The position numbers and the translations under genes were made by a program. Below are positions 27,843-42,503 of a stretch of 64,000 nucleotides of DNA, one piece after another. Each line of letters opens with the position of its first letter. Position 1 is the first letter of the stretch. Origin of the DNA: Octopus vulgaris (taxonomy: Eukaryota); assembly GCA_951406725.2 (NCBI GenBank), contig OX597821.1, positions 42,284,001-42,348,000 on the forward strand, given 5' to 3'. The notes below the pieces were generated by a model that was not told the origin of the DNA, searched no databases, and saw nothing but the letters and a program-made list of their open reading frames with translations.

Positions 27843-29050
27843 TTGGATCATCCCATAAATTATGCGTATTTTTTATACTTTTATTTTTCAAAATTAAGAT
27901 AAACAAAGTTCTTTAATCTAAAATATACTCTCCTTCATTTTCTACAATGCTCTTCCATCTATCTGGTAGACTTGCAAGTCCCCACTTCTAAAATTCACTT
28001 GTCTGTGACAAAAAATACTTCTCCAGTACAGTTCTGACCTTGTCTACAGAATTCATATTTTTCTGTCCAAATGATTTTGAAGACTGCAGAATAAATGATA
28101 ATCAGATGGGGCAATGTCCAGTGAATACGGTGGATGGGGCATCATTTCCCATTCAAACTGCTCCAGTCATCCTCACTGCATATATAGCTGAGCGTTATGA
28201 TGATGGAAGAACATTTTCCATCTTGAAACTAAAGATGGTTGTTTTTCTTCTAGCACTGACTTAAGTCACTCAAGCTGCTCGCAGTAGATCTCCTTTGATT
28301 GGTTTGGGTTTAAAAGTTCAAAGTGGACTAAACCTTTCATATCCCATCAAACAGATAACAACACCTTACATGTTATCTCCTTTCCCTACCTACTGTCTTC
28401 GGTGTTTGACATTTTTATAGAGAACCCATTTCTCATCACCATCACTATTTGGACCAGACTGAAAAAAGATTCTTTCATGAGACATGACAGCAAAGAAGAG
28501 CACACATTCACTCTCCGTGTGCAATTAGACTCAGAAAGTTTGTGAGGAACCCATTGACTTAATTTGCTGACTTTTCCGATGGCATGCAAGTGTCTATGAA
28601 TGGTTGAATGACTAACTCCAAGTTTCTCTGCATGTGCCTCAACAGTTACAATAGGATTTTGCTCCACCAGGGTTTGAGGGATATCCTTGTCAAGCTCTAC
28701 AGATCTTCCAGATTGAGGCTTGTCTCCCAGGTTGTAGTTTCTGGCTTATGCTTATTGTCCGATCCCCATATACTGCATAAATATTCCTCACACTTTCCAT
28801 TGTGTTGTTGCCTTTTATTGAACTCATAAAGTAAAATAATCCAAATATGCTCCTTTGTCACTTCTATTACAGCTTTGAAAAAAATAACTGTTAATATTGA
28901 ATTGCACTCTTCGAAACTTGCACTAAGAATAAGGACAAGGTAAAATTACTGCCTGCTTTTATAGCAAGTTAATGCGGGTAATTTATCCCATCCCCCTCCG
29001 ACTTTTAATTCATGCAATTGAAAAAGTTGCAGTAGTTATGGGATGACCCA

Positions 29051-29051
<1 letters not shown>
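27843..29051 (-). mobile_element. Mos1-like mariner transposon with TIRs, decayed
   Basis: TTGGATCATCCCATAA ... TTATGGGATGACCCAG TIRs flanked by TA; WVPHKL, GDEKW and HPPYSLDIAPSDYHLF motifs. Confidence 0.85.
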
Positions 29052-29103
<52 letters not shown>

Positions 29104-30829
29104 TACACACACAGATAGATAAATTGATAGATATACATATACATATACATGTATATCTGTTGCCAGCACTCAGCTGTTACTGAGCACATTGATATTTTCC
29201 CTGATATATATTTTTCATGGGAGACTAGGAACAAACAACATGCACGTGAAACAAGATGTTTAACACCACAGTGACATGTATGCCTATAGCCACACCTGTA
29301 TGCGGTGTGTGTGTGTGTGTGTGTGTGCGTGCATGCATGTGTGTGCATGAGTGCACACATGTGTGTGTGTATGTGATGAGTGCATGTGTGAATATGTGTG
29401 TACACACATGCACACAAACACACACACACACACATGTATATATATTGGTCAACAAATATGCATATTTAGATATGCAAAACAAATACATATATAAACTAAA
29501 ATCCCACTTGGAACCACTATGCAAGAAACCCAGTTAAAAAAATGTAAACATATTCTTGGTTCAAACCTAAATAAAATCTGAGTTAATTATTTTGTTTACT
29601 TGTTTTACTTTAATGTTTAAACTTTCTTACTTTATCAACTGTTCTTCCCAATAACATATACAAGAACAGCTGTTTTTTCTCAGATAAATATCGGGGCAGT
29701 TATATTCCCACATGTATAATATAGCAGTGTGTCTACATTCCCATTAGGTTGAAGTGGCTAGGGTAGATACAGGGTGGGCGAGGTATTGAAAACTGTTACT
29801 AATGTTGTTTGTTAAAATAACCTTTATAAAAGGATATAAAAGGAGAGGGTAATGTTTCTGTTCCTGTGCGTTAAAGGCTCTGGGGACTATGAATTTTGAC
29901 TGATTCATAAACACGGTGAATAATATTTCAACACAGTATATAGCAGGGCATGGGTTAAGCATGTGATTATATGGTAATTCCGTGCACCGGGTGCAAAATA
30001 TGTGGCAGTGAATGTTGAGTATGAAAAGTAGTGTGTAAAATGTTTGATGGTGTTGGGTAGGGAAACATGGATAGTGAGGACTATGATGCGGGTGTAACAT
30101 GCGTGAGGCTATGTAGTGGTGAAACATAAGTTGTCTGTTAAAATGTGCGATGATATATAGTAGTAAAACTACTATATATGGGCACTGAATATTGAAGACT
30201 ATATGTGGTGTGTAAGATGTTTGATGATGAGTGATGGAGAATGTAGAAGACTATATATGAAATACATGTAAGATACAGGTAGAGAAACATGAAGCACTAA
30301 ATGTAAATATAAAGTGTTTATTAAATGTAAATATAAAAGACTATAAAAGAATATAAAAGACTGTAAATATAAAAGACTCGTTTGACATCTGTTTTCCATG
30401 CTGGCATGGGTTGGACAGTTTGACTGAGGACTGGCAAGCCAGGAGGCTGCACCAGGCTCCAGTCTGATCTGGCAAGGTTTCTACAGCTGGATGCCCTTCC
30501 TAATGCCAACCACTCTGAGAGTGTAGTGGGTGCTTTTTACATGCCACCAGCACGGGGGCCAGTCAGGCAGCACCGGCATTGACCACGCTCGAATGGTGCT
30601 TTTTACACACCACCAGCATGGAAACCAGTCAGATGTATGCACAAAATAATAATTCTGTATGGCTGTTAAACACAACTAATGGATCCCAAATAATAAATTC
30701 ATTGAAATGGAGTCAAAGTAAAAGATAGCTTCAGTAATCAAGTTTTGAAACTGAAGTATTTAGTTATTTGACTGTGGCAGATTTGGGAGATAATCTATAC
30801 CCTTCCGAGTGGTCCTGGTACCAATATTT

Positions 30830-31933
30830 TATAGATAAACTGGAAAATGTATAACTGTGTCATTTCCAGGATCTATCAGAATGTTTCCATCAGTGTTGCA
30901 ATGATTGGACCCCATTGGTGAAGAAACTTTCATCTTGTTGGTCAAAAAGTCATCAACAACAGATATGACATCATCATCACTGCACTACTGGTTTCCAGCC
31001 AAGTGCTTTTTCATGTCAGGGAACAGATGATAGTCAGATGAGGCCAAATCAGAAGACTAGTGGGGGTGATCAACCAGCTGAAAGTCACAGCTGCACACAG
31101 CACCCATTGAAACCAGGGACTAGCGTGCTAGAGCATTGTCCTCATAAAACAAAACCCCTTTCATCAGTTTTCTTGGGTGCTTGGTTTTGATAGCCTTTCA
31201 TAACTGCCTCAGCAAGTTGGCATAGCACTCTCCATTGATGGTATGGTTATTTTGAAGACAGTCAATAAATCCAATGCTTTTGGCATCCCCAAAAAACCGA
31301 GGCCATCACCTTCCCTGCAAATAAAACAAACTTGGCCTTCTTTAGTGCAAGTGAGGAGGAATGTTTGCACTGCATGGTTTGTCTCTTTGTCTCTGGCTCA
31401 AAGTGATGAAGCCAACACTCATCCTAGGTCAGGAAACATTTGAGAAAACCAGTTGGATCTTCTTCAAACAATGTCAGATTTTTACTTGTTATGTGATCAG
31501 CTTGGTGTACTTTTGATCAGGCGTCAGAAGATCTGGCACCCACCAAGCAGAAACGTTCCTCATGTTATGTTCATTGGGAAAAATATCTTCGACTATCTCA
31601 CAGGATATTCTAATAGCATTGGCTATTTGATTTATGATAAAGCTAGGGTATCATCCCATAAAGTTGCAACCATGTTTGTATGAATGTCCTTGGTGAGATA
31701 AACCCTTTTTCTACAGGTACTTGATAACACCACAATGCCAAATTTTCTCCACTTTCAAGAAAAGCCACTACTAGTTACCTTGAAGTCTTCTTTTAACAGT
31801 CATATGCCTGTTTACCTGGCAAGAAATAATGCAGTTATTAAGAAGAAGAGATGAAATTAATGTATTCAAGATCTTGCAGCTCTAGCATCACATCTTCATC
31901 GTTAGCCAATGAACTTTTCAACCTACCCTTATA
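30830..31933 (-). mobile_element. Mariner transposon remnant
   Basis: HPHxSSDLASSDYHLFPDMKKHL, DNALAR and RWVPDLL motifs in disrupted frames. Confidence 0.7.
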
Positions 31934-33621
31934 GATAGGCACAAATCCTGAAATTCTAGGTGAGGTGAGCTAGTCCTCAGTACTCAACTGGTACTATTTT
32001 ATTGATCCTGGAAGAATGAAAGGTAAAGTTGACCTTGGTGGAATTTGAACTCAAAATGTAAAACTAAAAGAAATGCAGCAGAGTGTTTAGTCCACCATGC
32101 TAACAATTCTACCAGCTCACCACCTTCTGATTTCATAATGTAATAACAGCAGATATGTAAGGAAAAGGATAAAATCTTTATGCATCAAATTATTTCATTG
32201 TTTCCAATCCCATTGTATCTCAAGGATGTTGAATCAGATTAAGTCCTTCTTTAAAAAGGTCATTAAATGCTTTTAAAATGGCTCAAAACCTATGGTCGTT
32301 GCCATGAAATCTTGGATATTTATGACTTTTAGTCTTGAGGCTGGTAAAATAATGTACCAAACAAGTACTGGAAGTAGATTTAATCACCTTATCCTGCACC
32401 CCACCAGTTTGTCTTTGTGCTTTATTGTACACTAACAGAGTACCACAAAGTAATGATAGGCAGTACAAGGGGAAGGGCGAAAGTAAAGTGAACTGGGCAT
32501 AAGTGATCCAATTTAGCCACCTGTATATAGGCTTTAAAATGGGCCAGAGGGGTCAAGAGATGAGGGTGGTGGCAAGAGGAATGGTAAGTAGATGAGCCCT
32601 GCACTAGTGAATGGCACAAAGAAGTGTTGGGAACAGGCTCGGAATAGGTACAGAATTCTCCCTAGTTACATTGGAAGTAAAGTAACAGACAAGACTCACA
32701 GCCATCCCTGGTCACACAGGAAGCATTGTACAGTTGGAATTGAGAAGAGGTAGTGATTGAGAGTTGAGTAATAGGTGATGTATAGCAAACAGAAGACAAG
32801 CAATAAAGGCATGAATGAGAGAGTGCAATAATTGATGAACAGCAGAGATCCACTATCTTTCTTTCTAAGACAAACTGACAATATAGCGCAGTGATGTGGC
32901 TGTTAGAAAGGTGAAAGGTTATCAAAGAAACCGACTTGAGAGTTGGAAGATATAGATATGAATGCATGTATATGTGCATGTACATACGTACATATGCTAA
33001 GCAGTATATATCTGTATACATGCAAAATATACATAATTTAGCTCCTGTTTTGCCATGTCTTGATAAGCAAGCAGATCCCCTTCTCCCCTACCATGCATTA
33101 CCAGTCTTTACTTCATCTCAAGTCTCCCCCACTCTCCCTCTTCTACAGGTTCCATTTACTTTGACTGCACAGCACATCTTTACCCACCGGTCCTCCTTCA
33201 TATGCATCTTTCCAGCAATCATTGAAACACTCTTCTCTCTTGTACACTTCATCTGATTCCTCTTATGTTCAGTTCTTTTTTTACCTTCAGCTTTCTATGC
33301 TCTGCCTTTCATGCACACTAACATTACACATCCAGAAGAGCATGCTTACCTCATTTCTTTGTAGCCTACGTAGATCCTAGGCTCATGTACCCTACGCTTA
33401 TGTCTCATTATCATGCATCACACTTTGCACACAATCTGCTCTACGCTTTGAGGAAGAAACCCTTTGGAGCCAATAGTTCTAATTGGTCCTTGAACTTTTT
33501 CCTGCCAGTTCTAACTCTGGTTACTATATTCTAGATCTTCCACACCCACCACTATTTAGATTTTTTTAGGGAACAGAATCTATCAACCATACATACATAC
33601 ATACATACATACATACATACA

Positions 33622-33657
<36 letters not shown>

Positions 33658-33780
33658 TGCATGTATATATATACACACACACACACACATATATACATTC
33701 AAAGTCTGATCAATAATTAGATTTCTTAGGGAACAGAAGCTATCAACTATACATACATACATACAAACATACACACACAT

Positions 33781-33812
<32 letters not shown>

Positions 33813-33851
33813 GTATGTATATATGTATATACATATGTGTGTATATATATA

Positions 33852-33893
<42 letters not shown>

Positions 33894-34320
33894 GTGTTGC
33901 TACTATATTGTTAATTGTGTGAAATATGTATTGTTTTATTAGTAATGATGTTGTTAGTAGTAAGAATATTGATATTGATAACATTATTGTTATTGATAAA
34001 GGTATTGGTATTAACATTATTGACTTTTTGTAAAGTAACACAAATTAATATAATGCACTGTTTACTATATATGTCTGCATTAAGTATGAATATGTCTGTT
34101 GTAATTTCTTAATATTAGTTGAGGAACTGTAACATTCAATATAGAACATCATTATGTTTATTGATATATATTGATTTATATTATTTATATTATTATGTAT
34201 ATGTATATGTGTATATATATAAAGATATGAGTATATATGCACTCATATTTATATGTAAATGATTTTTGGGTATGTACTCATACTTATATAGGTATATGTG
34301 TAACTTGTTTTATACATTAG

Positions 34321-34436
34321 AATCTCCGAAGAGGCCGTAAGATATTTTTGTTAATGTCTCATTTATACCTGCAATATATGGCTAATATAGGTTAAATGAG
34401 ACATACTTATCTGCATGGCCGAAACAGCTGTCAGTT
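34321..34436 (+). ncRNA. Degenerate hammerhead ribozyme motif with long stem II (Penelope-type terminal-repeat remnant)
   Basis: CCGAAGA-GGCC...(hairpin ATGTCTCATTTA/TAAATGAGACAT)...GGCC-GAAA-CAGCTG-TC. U4 is C and stem I is weak. Confidence 0.55.
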
Positions 34437-35076
34437 ATAATGTATATGTATTTTTATATCTTGTTATATTTATTTAGTTATATCTCATTATATTGATTGT
34501 AATTATTGTACTGTATTAATGTCTAATCTTAATGCTCTTGTGTAGTGTTTTAATAAAGTATATGATTCGGTATTATCTGATAGTTGATGAATGATTTAGA
34601 TATATTTCTCCATTTTCTTATTTTGTATATATATATATATTTGTGTGTGTGTGTATGTATGTATGTATGTATGTATATACATATTTATATGTATATATAT
34701 ATATTGTGAAGTGCATGGCTCAGTGGTTAGAGCGTCAAGCTTACAATCGTGAGGTTGTGAGCTCGAATCCTGGACCAGGCTGCGTGTTATGTTCATGAGC
34801 AAAACACCTTATTTCACATTGCTCCAGTTCACTCAGCTGTAGAAATGAGTTGTGACGTCACAGGTGCCAAGCTGTATCGGCCATTGCCTTTCCCTTGGAT
34901 AACACTGGTGGCATGGAGAGGGGAGGCCAGTATGTATGGGCAACTGCTGGTCCTCCATAAACAGCCTTGCCCGGACTTGTGCCTGGGAGGGTAACTTTCT
35001 AGGTGCAATCCCATGTTCTGTGTCGTGACCGAAGGAGGGTCTCAGAATATATGTATATATATATGTATGTATATAC

Positions 35077-35128
<52 letters not shown>

Positions 35129-35182
35129 ATATAGACATATATATATACACACACATACACACACACAGACATATATACATAT

Positions 35183-36074
35183 GAGATCTGTTCAATAAGT
35201 ATCCAGACTGTTGCCATTGTAACGAAGCTAAAGCATGCAGAGTGAAGCCACTTGGCACAGATTGACCCTCGACTCTGCTATGCATGTGCACTAAGTTTTA
35301 ACGTTCTAGCTCATTTCCATTGTTTACAGCAGTGCTTGGAAGGAAGGTGTGTAATGTGTAATTGTTGTATTGAACATGACAGAAATTTATCATGCCAATA
35401 CCTGCTCAGAGGCCTACATAATGTTGCAGAAAGTATATGGAGAGGAGTGTATGAGCCACACACAAATGTACGGGTGGTTCACACTTTTCCAAGATAGCTG
35501 AAAATATGACGATAAGGACAAACGTTCTGGGAGGCCCACAACCAGTAGAACTGAGAAAAACATTGCAGATGTGCATGCAGCTGTGAGAGGAAATCATCAA
35601 ATCACCATCCGTGAGTTATCAGAGGATGTGCAGATTAGTTACAGTTCAGTTCAGTCCATTATCACTGATGATTTGGGTATGAGACAAGTGTTTGCCAAAT
35701 TTGTGCCCAAACTGCTTTCAGCTGACCAAAAAGACACTTGGGTTTCAGTTGCACAAGATCTCCTTGTTTGTGTCGAGAACAATGAAAACTTTTTGAAAAC
35801 TTTGCAAAGGCCTCTGAGCAGGCATTGCCAAGCTTTTGGCAAAATTTGATACAGATTCTCAGCTCAACTTTCTCTGTCATGGTCAATGCAATGACCACAT
35901 GCTACACACCTTCCTTCCAAGCATTGCTGTAAACAGTGGAAGTGAGCTAAAATGTTAAAACTTAGTGTGCATGCACAGCAGAGTTTAAGGTTAATCTGTG
36001 CCACGTGGCTTTACTCTGCATGTTTCAGCTTAACTACTATAGCAACAGTCTGGATACTTATTGATCAGACCACG
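35183..36074. mobile_element. Mariner-derived foldback element with ~200-bp inverted arms
   Basis: 35183-35390 is the reverse complement of about 35870-36074. The transposase N-terminus occurs on both strands (MTEKVELRICIKFCQKLG on minus; ITIRELSE...AKFVPKLL on plus). Confidence 0.8.
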
Positions 36075-36399
36075 TCTATATTTGTGCATGCATATATCAT
36101 CATCATCATCATCATCATCGTTTAGCGTCCGTTTTCCATGCTATCATGGGTTGGACGGTTCTACTGGGGTCTGTGAAGCCAGAAGGCTTCATCAGGCGAG
36201 GCTGGCAATGGACACGAAACGGGGCGGTGCTGGCAACGGTCGCGAAACGGAAAGTTCTCTTACATGCCACCGGCACTGGTAACACATCTGCAATTTCCAT
36301 TGATCGATTTGGTGGTGCTATTAAGTTAGACATGGCCTGGACCAATCTTTGGTTGAAACATATCTAAGTTTATCTAAGTTTATATATATATATATATAC

Positions 36400-36475
<76 letters not shown>

Positions 36476-38047
36476 GTGTATGTATGTATGTATGTATGTA
36501 TGTGCGTGTATGTATGTATATATATATATGTATGCATGTATGCATGTATGTATGTATATATATACATATATATACGTATATATGTTTGTATATATATACA
36601 TATATATACGTATATATGTTTGTATATATATATATATATATATATATATAAGTAAGGTTCAGTTAGATTAGGTACTTAAATTGAGGCACCATGTTAGGTC
36701 AGAAATACACACATAACAATATTATGTAAATAGATAAACCTAAGACTAATGGAGCCACACTTTACTCTTTTATTAGAAGTAGAGATAATTGGGTCACTGG
36801 ATGTCAATTATTCTTTCTCCCTTCTAAAAACTCTATTAACCTCTCAATTTTTGTGTTCTGATTAAATATACATTATTCGGATAATTCCATTCTGTCAACT
36901 GAAATAGTAGCAGAATCACTGTAATTGTTTTTGCTCCGTGGATTTTAAACTATGTCAAATTAATTTGAATGTCCTTAATTTTGAAGTTCATGAATTCGTC
37001 TGACAAAACCGGTTTCTTTGTAGTGATGAAATGTTTTCATTAATCAATTAAAGGAGTCGTTAGAAATGGCTGTAATGGACTGACACCTATACATCAACTG
37101 TTACTCCTTCACACACACACATATATATATATATATGTGTGTATGTATGTATGTATGTATGTATGTATGTATGTATGTATGTATGTATGTATGTGTGCGT
37201 GTATGTGCATCTATGTATGTATATGTGTGTGTGTAATCATCATCATCATTTAACGTCTGTTTTTCAGGCTGGCATGGGTTGGACAGTTTGACTGAAACTG
37301 ATAAGCTAGGGAACTGCACCAGGTTCCAGTCTGATTTAACATGATTTCAAAGACTGGATGCCCTTCCTAATGCCAACCACCCCAAGAGTGTAGTGGGTGC
37401 ATTTTACATGGCCCTGGCATGATCTGACTTGGCTTGACAGATCTTCTCAAGCACAACATATTGCCAAAGGTCTCAGTCACTCACCACTGCCTCTGTGAGG
37501 CCCAAAATTCGAACAGTGCTTTTTACATGCCACTAGTGCAGGTGCCAGTTATGTGACACTTACATCAACCATGACCACAATTTCACTTGGTTTGATAGAT
37601 CCTCTCAAGCATGGCTTATCACCCATTTGAAGGGTGCTTTTTATGTGCCAGTTACACGACTCTGGCATAAGCCACAACTATGATTTCACTTGACTTTGAC
37701 AGGTCTCCTCAAGCACAGCATATCATCAAAGGTCTCAGTCACTTGTCGTCCCTTCTGTGAGGGTCAACGTTCAGACATAATACCTCACCACCTCATCTCA
37801 TGTCTTCCTGGGTCTACCTCTTCCACTGGTTCCTTCTACCATTAGAGTTCAGCATTTCTTCACACAGCTATCCTCATCCATACACATTACATGACCATAC
37901 CAACGCTATCATATCTCTTGCACACCATATCTGATGCCTCTTAAACCCAACTTTTCTCTCAAGATGCTTATACTCTGTTGTGCATGCACACTGAAATTAT
38001 ACAACCAGTGAGGTATACAAGCTTCATTTCTTTTAAGGCTGTATGTA

Positions 38048-38129
<82 letters not shown>

Positions 38130-38183
38130 TGTATGTATGTATGTATGTATGCATGCATGCATGTATGTATGCATGCATGCATG

Positions 38184-38217
<34 letters not shown>

Positions 38218-38619
38218 TACACATACATATATATACATATTATACATCTAGATACACACACACACAAACACACACTCATACACACATATATACATACATA
38301 AAAATAAATATACAAGTATATTATTAATAATAAAATTAATAATATTAGTGGCTATTCAAAGCGTGAACTGTTCAGGCAAGTTTAAAAAATATAATGGTAC
38401 TGGAAGAGTACCAGTTTTGCTAGAGATAGAAGTCAAATGACCTCAGAAGCTACAGAGAACTCACTTTATGAATAAGCATGGTGAAAAATTGGGCAATGAA
38501 AAAGAATAAAAATTAGGGTCCTATCTTTGTGAAGGTCACAGAGGAAATGGCAGATAGCTTAATACTGGCTTCGGGGCTTTGAATTATATATTCTTTTCCC
38601 TTCCTTAGGTAAGCTTACC

Positions 38620-39915
38620 ACAAGAGAAGTCAAATTTAAGCATATTCCCCTCAACCATGCTTGCTTGCTTGTTTGATGGCCCATTAAGAATTTGGTGAGT
38701 GCTTCATCAGTTCCTTACTCATTCCTTGCTTTTTTTAGCACACACTTGAAAGTATCTATGAATCATTCTACTTACACATTTGACTTCGGGTGGTAGGGTG
38801 GGGTAAGCATGTGCTTGACTGCATGCATTTTGCAGAATTTCTTGAACTCGTATCCTGTAAATTGTGTTCCATTGTCTGATGCTATGGTGTCCGGAAAACC
38901 ATATTGAGCAAAAAGTTCATGCAGGAACTTTATTGTTGCCTTTGTGGTAGGTTGACTGCACCATCATACTTCTGGCCACTTGGTAAAGCTATCAACAATG
39001 ATCAAGTAGTACATACCATTCACTGGTCCAATGTAGTCTATATATACCCTGGGCCACAAACTATCCATCTCAGGCCATGATTGGTATTTCATAGGTGGTG
39101 CCTTGTCTGCTAGTGCACAACATCTGCATGATTTTACAAAATTTTCATTGTCCTTGTCTATTGCTGACCATTACACATAACTATTCATCAATGCTTTGAT
39201 TTTTGACATCCCCGGATGTCCACTATGAAATTCATGCGACATTTGTTTCTGTAGTGCAGTTGGTACTACCACTCTTTGTGCATACATTAATACATCATCA
39301 CGGAGTGAAAAATGGTTCACATTCAAGATTCCCTTTTGTTTATTTTTCAAGGTTTCCTTCATTTTTCTGATGTATTTGTCCTCTGCAGATTTACTTTTTA
39401 TATATTGTACAGTCACTGGCAACTCCTGAATGACATTACACATAACGTTTTTAATTTCCTTTTCTGATTGTAATGCAGCTATCACCATATCTTCCAGCAG
39501 TTTCACATTCTTCGCATGGCCAATTTTCTCAGAAGGAATGTACTCCATCTTAAAGTTGTAATTTAGCAATATTGAACCCCAGTGTTGTAATATGTAAGTT
39601 GTATGGGTAGGAATTCCTTTCTTCGATTCAAAAATTAATAGTAACGGTTGGTTGTCTGTCTGAAGCCGAAAACTTCTACCATGGAGAAATCTGTGAAATT
39701 TCTTCACAGCAAAAATAATTGCTATAGCTTCTTTCTCTATCTGACCGTAGTTTTTTTTTCTGCTGCAATCAGAGCACATGAAGCATGAACCACTGCCTTC
39801 ATATTATCATCTTTATATTTGTGTAGCAAAACTGCTCCTATGCTGTATTCAGAATTGTCAGAAGCTGCAACAATTTTTGCTGCAGGTTCGAAATGAGCCA
39901 GTGACAAATCTGAAA
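38620..39915 (-). mobile_element. Ty3/Gypsy pol remnant (RNase H + integrase), no LTRs seen
   Basis: NYGQIEKEAIAIIFAVKKFH...QTDNQPL, HSGHPG, VDSFTKWPE and SDNGTQF motifs. Confidence 0.85.
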
Positions 39916-40059
39916 TTAATATTTTTTTAATATCTTGAGATGCCTTTTGACAGTTATTTGACCAATTCCATTTGGCGTCTTTCCATTAACTGTTGCTGTT
40001 TTTCTTGTTACTGAAGTAGTTGTTTCTGCAATGCTTGTTGCTATTCTTGCTGCTTTAGG

Positions 40060-40735
40060 AAATGGATGCCATCGCAGACTTTCATTACAAAGGAGGAGGC
40101 CAGAGCCCATGAATTTGAGGTGTACAAAGATTGCATCACAGTTATAATGTGTGGAAATGCTGCGGGTTTTGTGATAAAGCCAAGGCTTATTTATAAGTCC
40201 CAAAACCCAAAGGCCCTCAAAAACAAAAATAAGAACCTGCTGCCAGTGTATTGGATGCGCATCCAGAAGGCATGGATAACAAAACCACTGACCTCTGATT
40301 GGTTGCACCAGTGCTTCATCCCCAAAGTCAAGCTTTATCTTGTTGAAAAAGGATAAGAATTCAATTTGCTTTTCCTAACGGACAATGCTGGAGGTAATAT
40401 GCTTGACTTGTAATATGAGGGCATGCAGATCGAATTCTTACTGCTGAACATCACATCACTGATCCAGCCCATGGACCAAGTGCTTTTAAGGCGCACTATA
40501 CGTGAAACTCCCTGCAACACCTGGTCGAGGCTATCGACCCAGATGACAACTTCTTGCTGAAGGAGTACTGGCATGGGTATACCATTGCAATGTGTCTCCA
40601 AAATATTCAGAGAGGCATAAAGGAGATGAAGAATGAAACTTTGAATGCCAGCTGGAAGAAATTGTGGCCAGAAGTAGTCTACGACTACAAAGGATTCTCT
40701 CCTGATGAAATCCACCACTCTGTGGTAGATAAGGT
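40060..40735 (+). mobile_element. Tigger/pogo transposase (DDE_1) remnant
   Basis: MPSQTFI, KAWITK, DNAG, TSLIQPMDQ and ASWKKLWP motifs; frameshifted. Confidence 0.8.
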
Positions 40736-40774
40736 GATAGTTGAGGAATTACTGTATATGTATTTTATGCATAT

Positions 40775-40812
<38 letters not shown>

Positions 40813-40923
40813 CATTAGGTAAATATATTCAATAAGAATATTATATACTGAATTTATATTAAGTGCTCCATTGTATTAAATAATATTAATACTATTAAAG
40901 TATTTATATATTTAATATGAGCA

Positions 40924-41189
40924 ATATACATATATTTTTTAATAATATATTATTATTATTAATATAAGGAAATCAGTATCGAATTTTTCACAAAGATATA
41001 CCCATATGAAAGACTTTTAAACTTTCAAATTTATTTTATACATCATATTATATTTTTAATATTTATTTATTTATTTATATATATTTTTAATACATAAAGT
41101 CTTTCATATGGGTATATCTTAGTGAAAAATTCGATATTGATTTCCTTAAATTAATAATAATAATATATTATTAAAAAATATATGTATAT
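40924..41189. repeat. Inverted repeat, ~93-bp arms with ~78-bp AT-rich spacer (MITE-like)
   Basis: 40924-41017 is the near-perfect reverse complement of 41096-41189. Confidence 0.85.
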
Positions 41190-42503
41190 ATATATATAAC
41201 GGGAAGGTTTACGAAAATAAACAAAAGACGAAGGCAGGTGGAGTACAAACAAACAAATGTATTAGTATGGCACTCAGGAATAGAAATAGAACAAGTCTTT
41301 TACGTTTCGAGCCTATGTTCTTCGACAGAAAGATACACAGAAAAAACAAGGAGAGAAACAAGAAGAGAAAAAAATGCATGTAGGAGCTAACAATCTATCA
41401 TATATATATATATATACACATACACACATATATATATGGGTGTGCATTTATAAGTATATGTATTTATGCACACACACTCATGCATTCATGTTTGTGTGCA
41501 TGTTTTTATACTGACTATAATGACTCTTACAGGACATTATTGTAGATACTATTATCTTCGGAATGTGATCTGTTACCATTGTTAGAATTACTTGTATTTT
41601 GGAAAAATGAATGGTGACATTCGTCTGGTGATTCATGTTGAGAAGATATCAGTAGGAAGAGGCAATCAGCTGTAATAATTATTAAACTGGAACCTAAACA
41701 TGATCAATAAAGCTGTTAGAAATAGCAACCAGGAATCATGCCTTGAAAATGAGAAGGATAATTTAAATAATACAGTCTAAGACATTCCCCCAAGTGTTGC
41801 AATCATTATAGGTTAAATACTGCTGATCATAGGTCTGCTTGATCAGTTTTACCAAGGGCTAAATAACAATTGCTTACAAGGGAGCCTCTACATTTTGTTG
41901 GGTCTGCTAGAAATAACAGCCAAATAACCCTCAAATCATACTCTTCCATTTTTAAAAGAACATTCTGTAACATGCACTATGCTTAAAAATATAAAAAAAA
42001 TATGGGGTGGTCATTCATGGAATGCTTTTGACCAAAGAACTAACCCATTAGAACTAACTTGGAGTTAAACAACAAGAATAACAATTACATTAACCCCTTT
42101 GGTGCCATATTTTTGTTAAAATGCTCAGCCTTTGTTTCAATTAATTTTGAAATTAATAAAGAATTTAGTAAAATAATTGCATTATTATTAAGCAGGTATA
42201 GACAGCAAACTGGCAGAATTGTTAGCACATGAGACAATGTATTTTGCAGCATTTTTCCACCTTTATGTTTTGAGTTCAAATTCTGCAAAGTTTGACTTTG
42301 GTTTTCATCCTATTGGGGTTTATGAAATAATTATCAGCTGAGCACTGGGGTTGATGCAATTGACTATCACCCTCCTCAAAAATTTCAGGCCTTGTGCCTC
42401 CAGTGTAAAGGATTATTAAGCAGATGTTTGGGACATAAATAAACCTGAAATTTTGAAGGCTGGTTTTAACTGAAATTACTTTAAAATAGAAAATTTATAT
42501 CAT

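Noticed and set aside
29620-29715. Possible additional lipase exon ending in GTAAG
   Set aside because: No lipase similarity or signal peptide; the 43088-43154 exon already supplies the N-terminus in the right phase.
36995-37050. Possible minus-strand hammerhead (GAAACCGGTT palindrome)
   Set aside because: No paired stem II and no valid 3-8 pair.
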